From Vitrella brassicaformis CCMP3155 (taxonomy: Eukaryota > Protista > Chromerida): 44,410 nt of DNA. The translations under genes were made by a program, and so were the position numbers. A model generated the notes under the pieces. The model was not told where the DNA came from and searched no databases. It worked only from the letters and a program-made list of their open reading frames with translations. The stretch's first letter is position 1; the number at the start of each line of letters is the position of its first letter. Positions 12,001 to 21,161 of the stretch are shown here, piece after piece. The DNA is taken from assembly GCA_001179505.1 (NCBI GenBank), contig CDMY01000604.1, positions 1 to 44,410 of the forward strand, given 5' to 3'.

Positions 12001-12149
12001 TGAGTGGTGTGATCTGACTGACATTTACCTTTCTGTGTTGTGTGTGTGTGTAGGGCGTGGAGATGCTGCAGCGGATGCTCGGCTATCTGGCGGAGGATAG
12101 TACTGGGGCGCCGTCGACGCACCTCACTGTGCCACACGCAGCGCCATGA
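5052..12149 (+). CDS. DUG3-DUG2: Fusion protein: Dug3-type class II (Ntn) glutamine amidotransferase + WD40 repeats + Dug2-type M20A metallopeptidase-like domain
   Basis: N-terminal part: MCRLTAVISSGDPILLADIITRP, NGDGYGVGWY, IFAHVRAA, CHPFVYGRFLFMHNGCI, LLNVVISDG, IITSEPLT, EWVPVPSNH. WD40 part: AHGDAILCM..SGCQDGSIKIWE, GHKKAVLSL..SGSSDTTVCLWD, GGGDGIILVW, SGSRDKTVRMWD, GHTSEVLSI. M20 part: TVVFYGHYDVV, W..PPFEL..YGRGTTDNKGP, EGEEENGS, SNSYWIDDHTPCLVYGMRG, DLHSGLHGG, LSIRFVPDQ, IREGGTMP, DAAHLPNE. The GT-AG splice phases I checked at the domain junctions were consistent; stop at 12147-12149. Confidence 0.9.
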
Positions 12150-12672
12150 TCGATCGCAGGCAGGGAGACAGAAAACGCCTGCCTGCCTGCCTGCCGGGTG
12201 TCGAGTGGTGTGCCCCAATCGACCCAGTACTGACCACCGCGTGTGTGGGCCGTGTGTGTTTTTCTGGCCACATGCATGGCTGTCCGTCTGGCTGCCACTA
12301 CCTGGCCGGTGCCCACTGCATTTGTGTTCTGCATGTCGTGTGCGGTGACAAATGGGTGTATTTGTCTGTGCTGCCTTGTCAGTGACTGGGCGGCTTACTT
12401 ACTTCATCTATCGACGCTTGGTTCGTTTATTTGATGTGCCTGTGGCGTGTGTGTGCAGTAAGTAAGTGGATGGATGGACAGACAGCAATGAATCAACCTG
12501 CACATCCATCCACAAATCAACATGGGTTCACTCATATGAGTAGGTCTGCTATAGCTGCACGTACCGACACACGCACAGACACACGCACAGAGTCCAAATA
12601 GGCTGAGTACACACTGCCGAAAACACACTTGACACACCGACAAATCACAACCGATTGAACTGAACCACCGCC

Positions 12673-13902
12673 TCATCTAATCCGCCCCTCTCTTGGCACC
12701 ACCCATGCCGCCACAACCGATATGTCATCCGCCCTCCCCCCCAATCGCCCCTCCACATTGCCGGATGCTGTGAGGCTGTCTCTGCGGGTGCTGTTGGCAC
12801 ATGCAGCCGAGCACACTGCTGACGCGACGTCGTGGGCTGTGGGTGAACCGGGCATTCTGTTGATGATGGTCTCGATGTCGTCGTCGCACAGAATGTTGGT
12901 TACACCAGGAGACAGGCAGAGCAAAAGATCACCCTCAGATGTCGCCAGACGATGCTCTTGTAGCGCCATCAGCAGAGTGGCGGGAGGGGGATCCATGCTG
13001 TGTCGCGGGGGAAAGAAAGAGAGCTGTCTCGGCGCGTTGTCGTTGACCATCATCGGCTCCGTTCGGCTGAGAATGTGCAGCTCTCCGTCCTCCGCATCTC
13101 GCCACAGAACCATGGCCACCGAATCCCCAAAAGACGCCATATCAACGCCATATACACCCCTCCCCTGGGCCATGTCCGGCGGCACTTGGTTGAGGGCCGC
13201 CACAGCAATTGTACTGGCCCCTCGTGGGCAGCCGCTTCTCTCGGCCGCCTCCCATGTCGCCACGATGAGGTCGGATGCTCGATTGTTGGTGACCGACACG
13301 ATTGGCTGTGCGGTCGCTTTCTCCCTAGCGGTGTCGGCCAACCATTGAGTCAGCGGGCGCCCCGACCCTTCAGACCCACGAATGGCTGACACGCCGCCCG
13401 CCACCACGATGACCCCCGCGTGGTTGTCGAAGGCGATTCCATCAGGCCCTTCACTGTTGAGGGATCGAACGCAGGCGGCTGATTGAAGTGTGAGGGAGGG
13501 AGGGGGCTGGATCTGGGAAAAGAGGGAGGCGACGGGAGGCGCTGCGGCGGCGGGAGGGCGCTGTGGCGGTAGAGGGGCGATTTCCATGACCATCTCAGCG
13601 GCTTCATCAGGGGCCGGCACGTTTGTCGCTGTCGTGGGGCTGTGGTCGAAGAGGCCCCTCCACCACTGCTCGCAGCTGTGGAGGAATCCCTCGATCTCGT
13701 GCTGCTTTGCTGTGAGTATCTTGAAAGTGATGTAGCCGGCAGCACAGCCGATGACGACGGGATTCGTGGCCGCGTGGAGCACATGGAGGAGGGAGGCGGA
13801 AGCCACCTTCAACGCTCCCATCTTGCCCCCGCTGCCCGCGACCACGGCCACCACGCTGGTCTTGCTTCCCCAAGCGGCGGGCGCCGTCGTGGCGATGGGC
13901 AT
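12673..13902 (-). CDS. PTC7-like PP2C-family protein, apparently intronless, with degenerate metal-binding motifs (probable pseudophosphatase)
   Basis: PTC7-like motifs appear in order: SEGPDG, VVAGGVSA, GASTIAVA, FGDSVAMV, NAPRQL, EGDLLLCLSPGVTNIL, GGRADDISVVAAWV. Start set at ATG 13902 (MPIATT) because the divergent + gene begins at 14141; the ORF track extends upstream to 14163. Confidence 0.75.
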   Translation of the reverse strand: MPIATTAPAAWGSKTSVVAVVAGSGGKMGALKVASASLLHVLHAATNPVVIGCAAGYITFKILTAKQHEIEGFLHSCEQWWRGLFDHSPTTATNVPAPDEAAEMVMEIAPLPPQRPPAAAAPPVASLFSQIQPPPSLTLQSAACVRSLNSEGPDGIAFDNHAGVIVVAGGVSAIRGSEGSGRPLTQWLADTAREKATAQPIVSVTNNRASDLIVATWEAAERSGCPRGASTIAVAALNQVPPDMAQGRGVYGVDMASFGDSVAMVLWRDAEDGELHILSRTEPMMVNDNAPRQLSFFPPRHSMDPPPATLLMALQEHRLATSEGDLLLCLSPGVTNILCDDDIETIINRMPGSPTAHDVASAVCSAACANSTRRDSLTASGNVEGRLGGRADDISVVAAWVVPREGRIR

Positions 13903-14140
13903 CTTGACTGGATTGGGGGAGGGAAGTAGAGCGCAGAGAGGGCGATGGGGGCGGGCGAGGAGGACAGCAGAGGCACAGGCAAAGCTGTCGTGACGCAGAT
14001 CTTGGTCGACGAGGGCGTGAAGCTGCTCCGAGCCGATCTGTTTTGTCGTTCTGGGGGTCAGCAGGGGTCGATCCTTGAGCGTGCAACGTACGAGTCCTCG
14101 TCTTCCAACCTCCGCTGTGTCCGCCATCCATAAAAGCATC

Positions 14141-14464
14141 ATGCCGGTCGTCACTGAGAACACGCCACCTCGGTCGGGTCAAGGAACTCCCCCTGATGAC
14201 CACGGACGAGCAGACACGACAACTGAGGCGGCCATGCATGCCGACGGCAAGCCGGGCAGCGATACGGCCGTGAATGCAGCTGCTGGGCCGCCGGGGCCCG
14301 TCGTAACCATTCCTCACACACTCACCAAGGACACGCGAAAGAGCCCCAAGCACCCCTCGTCGATGGCGCCCATCCGATACAAGCAGATTGGTAAGCAAAG
14401 GGGAGTCTCAGTTTGTGTGCTGGTAATACGTCATCTCTCTCTCTCTCTCTCTCTGTCTGCTTCT

Positions 14465-14501
<37 letters not shown>

Positions 14502-17500
14502 TTTTTATGTCCGCCGTGCTGCGACTACAGGGGAGGGCAAGTACATCAGCTGCCGCCCTGCAGTCGTCCACTTCTGCGGCTTCACTGTCGGCAAGGTCCA
14601 TTCGCAGCGTGTGGAGGTGCTCAACACGTCCAAGCACCCCAGGAGGGTCAATATTCTCAACCCATCCGGGCATAACTTCTCTGTGCATTTCGACAAGAAA
14701 GGCGTCGTGGCACCCGGGATTGCGGAGGTGCTGCGAGTCGACTTTGCCCCGACCGAGTACTGCTATCATCATGACGAGATTCGGGTCCAGACGGAGGCTG
14801 GGGGGCTCCTCATCCCTCTGCATGCTTACCCGGCCTTCGTCCCGGTCGAGGTACCTCGGTTCGTCGACTTCGGAAGGGTGGCTGTCGGCGAAAAGAGGAA
14901 GAGACGTGTGCCGCTGCGGTGTGACGTGCCTGTGGAGTTCGAGTACGGTCTGACGGTCGTCTGCCCATCCATCGACATTCACATTGTCAAGCCCGCAGAT
15001 ATGAAAGGTAGACGGACGATACGAGCCGAGAAGAGCCGAGTTGGGACACAACACAAGTCACTACAGTCCGCCTTTGTCTCCTTACGTCTGCAGGCACCAT
15101 CCCAGCAAGTGGCACAGCGGAGATTGTGCTGTCGTACAAGCCCTCTCAGCTGGGCACCTCTCGCCTCGAGTTTCAGCTGGACATCGCCCAGCTGTCCTTC
15201 GAGCCCCTGCTGATCGCCGCCTGCGGCTCATGCCACCCAGGGGTCGTTCGCGACCGGCGCGTGCAGGAGGGGCTGCAGACGATGCAGATGCAGACTGAGC
15301 AGAGACTGATAGACCAATACGAGGTGCCATGGAGAGAAAGGAGTAGCACGAAGAGACATGGATCTTATTGTCGTCGACTTCATATGATGAGCGCAGGAGC
15401 GAGCACAGGCGTTGATGAGTAGCGTGGACAGGCCCCCCATGGCCGTGTCGCCCCCCCGACGCCCCTCCCCGCCCCCCGACCGCAAGATAGCCGGGATCCG
15501 CGTGCCCGTGACGGGCGGCACCAGCACCGCAGCCACAAACTTTGTCCTCAACCAGACGGCGGGCAAGATTCCTCTGCGTGACCTGCCTTTGCTCATGGCC
15601 GAGCAGCGTGCGATACAGGAGAGGCGGCGTTGCAGGATGGAGGCCAGTGGAGGGGATATGCTCGGCGAAGAGGACGAAACACAGGAAGAAGACTACGATT
15701 CTGAGGACGCCAAACAGGTGGGCGCCCCAGCTGGAAATGTATAAGACTTCTATTATTCGTTCATTTGTGGTGATTTGCGTGGTGTAGGCTCGCGAGATGC
15801 GCTTCGACCTTCAGTGGCGTGGCGTGCAGGAGGCCGATAAGGCCAAAGCACTCAAGACGGGCGTCTTCATAGGCGAGCTGCCGCCTACAGAAGACACACA
15901 ATCACGCATACGCAATGCACAGGAGAAGAGCTTGCAAGATGCCCTGGAGAAAAGGCTGCAGGTCGGCCGAACTGCGCGAGACACGGCATGGCCAGCCGCA
16001 CATAGCACAACTGTGTGTGTCTGTTACGCCTATTCATGCAGGCGGACATAGGTCGCACGCAGACCGAGGTGTCCTCCCAGGCCGTTGTGACCATCGGTGG
16101 CTTCACCGAGCGCATCCGCCGTACCCAGCCCCCCACATGGGACGAGCACCACACCAACAGCTTCCCTCTTAGACTGCAGGTGAGACGTGCACACAGACAC
16201 ACACACGCTCCTCATTAACCGGCGCGTATCAGGTGATCGATCGCTTTCTGAGGGCGGCGACGAAGATTGTGATGCGCACTCGGGCAGGGAGGCGGCTGCG
16301 GCGCCTTCAACACGAGCTTCGGCAGAACCACGTCACCAATCGGGCGACCTGCCGAGAGTGGGTGGAGTCGGAGACCAAGGCCGCCCTCACGGGCACCAGC
16401 AAACGGGACCAGCAGAAACGCGACAGCACTGCGAGCCAGGCAGCAAGTGCGGCGCCGTCGTCAGGCGTCCCCACTCTCGAGATTGGTCCGCATCTGGTGT
16501 TGCCAGAGCGGTTTCCCATCTTCTTTACACAAGGGGCGAGCAACACGGCGGCAGCAAAAGGCAAAGGGAAGGAGAAAGGGACCGCGGCCTCATCGTCGAG
16601 CAGCAGCAGCGGCTACGCCATACTCGAGCCAGTGGACGTCGAGCCCATTGATGCCTATGACTCCTGGGAGCCGATCGAGCCGAAACCGCGTCTCGACTTC
16701 GAAGTCATGGCCTTGCGGAGCGTTCCCGCCCCTCCTGCCGCCAGCTATCTCCGTCTGCAGCCCGACAGACATCCGCTAGATGGTGCCCTGGAGGAGAGGG
16801 GCGTGAGGGGGCCGCGAGGAGCCATCGATGATGGGGCTGAGGAGCCGATGGCGTTGTCAGAAGAATGCCTGCTGCCGTTGGAGCATGACCCTGTGCAGTT
16901 GCTGTTGCCGAGGCTGCAGGAGGGGCAGCCACAGATAGAGCTGCCCACATGCCCTGAGACCAGCATCGAATATCGACTGCAACAGGTAGGTAGGGAGACA
17001 CGAGACGCAACCTGCCTTTGAGCGTGTCTCATCCATCCATCCACTGGCGAGACGTGTGTGCAATCGATGCAGCCGGTGCCCCTCCGCCACCCGCCCAGAC
17101 ATGCCCCCCTGCTCCCCAGCTACCTCAACGTGGCTGACCCATTCCTCTCCGACATGCACCGACACAGCCGCTCACTCTGCCAGGACTTTGTCGACGACAT
17201 CTTCGGCGCAAACAGCTGCCCAGCCGGCGGGATCGGCTGGGCGGGCAGCGGAGGGGCGGCACCGGATGTCATACGGGGCGACAGAGTCGACTGGCTGCCC
17301 CAGGGAGGGCTCGATCGTGACGCGTTGAGCGACACAGATTCGGACGGCAGGGACGAGGAGTTTGATGTGAGTGCGCCCGAGCATGGGACGTATATGAAGG
17401 ATTATGTGGCTCAAGACCCGCCCCCGAAGCCGCGCTTCAAGGAGGGGATTGATAGCATGTGGGTGCGGTCGATGGCTGCAGTGGACGGCAAGCTTGATGT

Positions 17501-17540
17501 TCATTTGGAGGAGACTGCCAATGTGATGAAGGAGAGGTGA
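14141..17540 (+). CDS. CFAP221: Cilia- and flagella-associated protein 221 (PCDP1), central-pair C1d component
   Basis: Spliced exons give RPAVVHFCGFTVGKVHSQRVEVLNTS...VAPG..VDFAPTEYCYHHDEIRVQTEAGGLLIPLHAYP..VPLRCDVPVEFEY..GTIPASG..LDIAQLSFEPL, the ASH/Ig-like region recognisable from PCDP1. An IQ-like segment FLRAATKIVMRTRAGRRLRRL follows. Stop at 17540. Confidence 0.88.
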
Positions 17541-17586
17541 GTGGGCTGCGTGTCGGAGGCCTGTGTGGTGCTGGTGGATTCTTTCG

Positions 17587-17619
<33 letters not shown>

Positions 17620-17803
17620 GTTGGCGTCTCTGAATGAAGAGCTGCCTGCAGCGAAGAAGCTGACATTAGCGTGACAGACGAGCTCAAGTGCGTCGTGTTT
17701 GCCTCCCTGCTGGCAATACATGAACGAACTAAGCCTTTCGTCTCACAAACAATGGCTCCGATGAAACTCACAAGGCTCTCAGACATCCACGTCTGCACGA
17801 TGG

Positions 17804-19315
17804 CTAATCCAGCTCCTGCATGCGACAAACCGACACACGACAGACACAGAGCAGCCGATGAAACAGGTTCACCTTTGCGGTGTCCGTCCGTCATTCCTCC
17901 ACCCAACACAATCCACACACCCACCTTCATTCGTCTCGTCAGCCGGTCCGCCCTCGCCCGCAGCTGCGGGTGAAACCGCCTCGCGTCACACCTCATCCGC
18001 CGCCAAACATTCGCCACACCCACGTCTATCCTCTCCTTCAGCAAAGCCTCCTCCTCTCGCTCGTGCCGGCTGTCGCCCGTCAATCGCCGCCGCACACACG
18101 CGCTCTTCACCAGCACCTCAAGGCCTGCCAACAGGTCAGTTGACGAGAGGGGGGACCCGTGCTGCTCCCTGAGCACTGCAGCGGTTGACTTGTTGCCCTC
18201 CCGTGGGGAGGGTGGGGGTGCGTCCAGCCACCTAACAAGGCTGTCCTCCGTCCACTGGCCGAACTGCTGCAGGTGTTCCACTGTCGATGGCTGGAAGGGC
18301 AGGTCCTCTTTGCTGCCGCGTCGACCCACCACGGCTCGAAACATGTCCATCAGGCCACGGCATATGAGGCACGTGTAGAAGAAAGACCCATGCTGAACGG
18401 GATCAGGGTCAAGGGCCAGCTGAGCCACTAAGAGGTCGGTAAGTGACGCGTACACAGGTGGCGGGTCACCTGACCTTTGTTGGATGGGAGCGATCAGCAT
18501 TAGTCGCCCCACCGCTGCCAGCAGCATCACATTGTTGTGTGCCGGCAGCTGCGATAGGCAAGATGGCTGTTCGAGGAAGGACTGGGTCAGAGGATGGACA
18601 GCCTCCACGACGGCCTTGACAGCGGACGGCTGGTCGCCGATATAATCCGACAGGCTGAGCAAGAGGTCAACAGTGAATGGGGGTGTGAGTGAGGGTGCCC
18701 TCTCCAGCAACGTCTCGACGAGCGGTGAAACGGTCTCGTTGTCCTTGAGATCATGCCGGATGAACGCCTTTAGAATAATGACCTGAACACAAGAACAAGA
18801 TGGATGGCAGCACAGCGCCTCTTTGCAGTGGGGCGTCGGTGCCGCATTGCGTGTGTGAGTGACCACCAGGCTGTCTGGGCTGAAGTGCGTCAGCTCGCGA
18901 CGGACTCGGGGAGCAAAGAGATCCAACATCTGAACACAACAACAACACCGTTCACGGCCAGCAATCACTTGTCACAGATAAGATCTCACTCCCTGTTTAC
19001 CTTAGTCCCATCTTCTCGTCTGCTGAAGATCCTCAGCAGCGAAGCCACGTCCCGCAGCTCCATGCTCTCGTGGTGCCGCTTGACGTCATTGCGGATGCCG
19101 CGCCACACAGCATCGTCATACACGCCGCGCTTATACGCCACAATCGCCTTCCTCACAGCGATCTTGCTGGGCGATGAATGACGCTTCCCAGACTGCTCCC
19201 TCCGCGTGTTGCTGCAGATATCAGAGAGGCGGCGGCGAGTGGGTGACGCAAATGTCATGCTACGAGAGATCGGTTGCGGGATCTTGTAGACGAGTGAAGT
19301 CCCGGTCCTCATCAT
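17804..19315 (-). CDS. Hypothetical alpha-helical repeat protein with basic Ser/Arg/Thr-rich N-terminus (possible organellar HPR/RAP-like RNA-binding protein)
   Basis: Phase-0 consistent exons: MMRTGTSLVYK...RREDGTK / MLDLFAPRVRRELTHFSPDSLV / VIILKAFIRHDL...RRMK / ELD*. Leu-rich helical units such as LRDVASLLRIFSR, FSPDSLVVIILKAF and FTVDLLLSLSDY recur. Function is inferred. Confidence 0.6.
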
Positions 19316-19582
19316 GTGATTCACATCGACTGCTGTGAAAAGAGGAGAAAGCATGATGGACAACGCGATGAGCTACGCAGTGTATGCGCTTTCACTTCCT
19401 CACGTACAGTTGGGTTCATTCAGCATGCTGCATCGCTGCTTGCGCCGCTGCAGCTCTGCTTCCGTGGCGAGATCGGGATCGCGCGGGGCCCTCAGGCTCA
19501 GTTCGGGGACGGACGCCGTTCCCGATTTCGACCGCCTTTTCGCCGTGCACGAAATTTCCTGCTCACACGCAGCATTGAGAGC

Positions 19583-19919
19583 ATGCAGGAAACCTCCATT
19601 GACGCCCTCGGGGATTCTGGCCCCCCACCAGCCCCCTCATCCCGCATGCAGCCAAGACTGAGAACCTTCGCTGAAATCAACAAGGCAAGCGGCCCAGGCA
19701 ACGCACAGGACTATGCCGCCAGCCTGGTGAGTGAGCGGAGCTGCACGGCCCTCTCTTCTCAAAGGGAGGAAAACCCTTTACATTGCAGTGCATGCGTTGG
19801 GAGGGAGGGAAAAGATGACGTCGTGTTGTTGTTTTCCTTCAGCGGCCTTTTCTATCCATCAAGGAGGGACCTGTCATGGGTATAGGGCCTTCAGTGGAGT
19901 AAATCATCATCGATCTGCT

Positions 19920-19957
<38 letters not shown>

Positions 19958-20238
19958 TCTCAGGTCCCCATCCATTGTCGTTGAAGCGTCAATCGAATCA
20001 GTATTTGCTGGAGCCGGAGACCATCAAGTCACTGGAAAGCACCATGGAGGGACACCGGAGAGGCGCACACTGGTACTTGATCGAATAGACGTTCCAGGCT
20101 TCAGAGTCAGGAATGTGTGTCTCTCTGCGGGTGGTGTCGGCTCGCAGGTTCCCAAACAGCAACTGCTGCACATTCAAACCCCTCACTACCATGACAAACG
20201 GTGAGGAGGCAGACTTGCATCACCTTTCTTCACATCGA

Positions 20239-20271
<33 letters not shown>

Positions 20272-20771
20272 GTCTCTCTATCTACACGTCTTTCCTCCTG
20301 CAGGAAAGGAACACAAGTCTGCCACCTCTCTCTTGAATGAGCGGAAAAAGGTCAGCTACAAAGCATCCCTCCTCGCTTGCCATCGATTCACACACAGACC
20401 AGCTCTCTCTTCTTGTCTGCCGTGCCTGCAGCAAGTTCGTTCGAGCAAGGACCCGAACGTGAAGTTCGACAAGGTCAGACTCGAGTCGCAGGAAATCGGA
20501 TGGAAGATCAAAACGGTGAGACGCTGACCTGTTTCTTAGGATTAGTATCCTGATATCGTCCTTCACACTTTGGTTGCTCTTCAGGCGAAGGTGGAGGGTC
20601 CCCCGCACGGCCTCAGAACGGTAAGCGGGCAAAATAGTTCTGTCTCTGTGGTTGCGCGGGCTCACGTGTGTGCTGCGTTGCGTATGTGTGTGTGAGCAGT
20701 CTCACGTGACGCGTTTCTACGACAACATGCTGCTCACTAAGTCTCACCACATCATGAGGGGAGCACGCTGA
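19583..20771 (+). CDS. Small 8-exon hypothetical protein (~200 aa) with a P.xKF....ESQEIGW motif reminiscent of FAM183/CFAP144-type ciliary microtubule inner proteins
   Basis: All seven GT-AG introns are phase-consistent, giving MQETSIDALG...RPFLSIKEGPVMGPHPLSLKRQ...KDPNVKFDKVRLESQEIGWKIKTAKVEGPPHGLRTSHVTRFYDNMLLTKSHHIMRGAR*. The gene is solid; the family assignment rests on one short motif. Confidence 0.6.
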
Positions 20772-21053
20772 CTGAATGGGCGGCCTACCTGCACAGTGGC
20801 ACGCAGACGTACATGGGACCTCTCCACGTCCGTCTCCCCATCGGCTGGACGTCAGTCAATGTTAATCGTCCGTCACAAATATCGGCCCTTGATGGCAAGT
20901 TGATGCCCCCCTCGCACGACCATGCGAGTACAAGTCCAAGTGGTCATCCATCCATCCATCCATTCATGCATCATGATCAGGACGTACACACGACAGCAGG
21001 CAATCAGGACTGATGCTTGTAGACAGACATACGTCAACAGAGCCAGAAACCAA

Positions 21054-21090
21054 TGTCGATCGATGATCGATCGATCGATCGATCGATCGA
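21054..21090. repeat. (ATCG)n self-complementary tetranucleotide microsatellite in the convergent 3' region of two genes
   Basis: Direct observation: gtcgatcgatgatcgatcgatcgatcgatcgatcga. A shorter copy lies at about 11513-11527. Confidence 0.9.
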
Positions 21091-21161
21091 GAAGCGAAAG
21101 AGGAACCATTGACCAACCAAACAGACGAAGAAGCCCAAAGAGGCACACACCCACCCCGCAC

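Noticed and set aside
1-12149. Cathepsin C plus DUG fusion as a peptide-catabolism gene cluster
   Set aside because: They are separated by two unrelated genes and probably act in different compartments (secretory/lysosomal versus cytosolic). There is no evidence beyond proximity.
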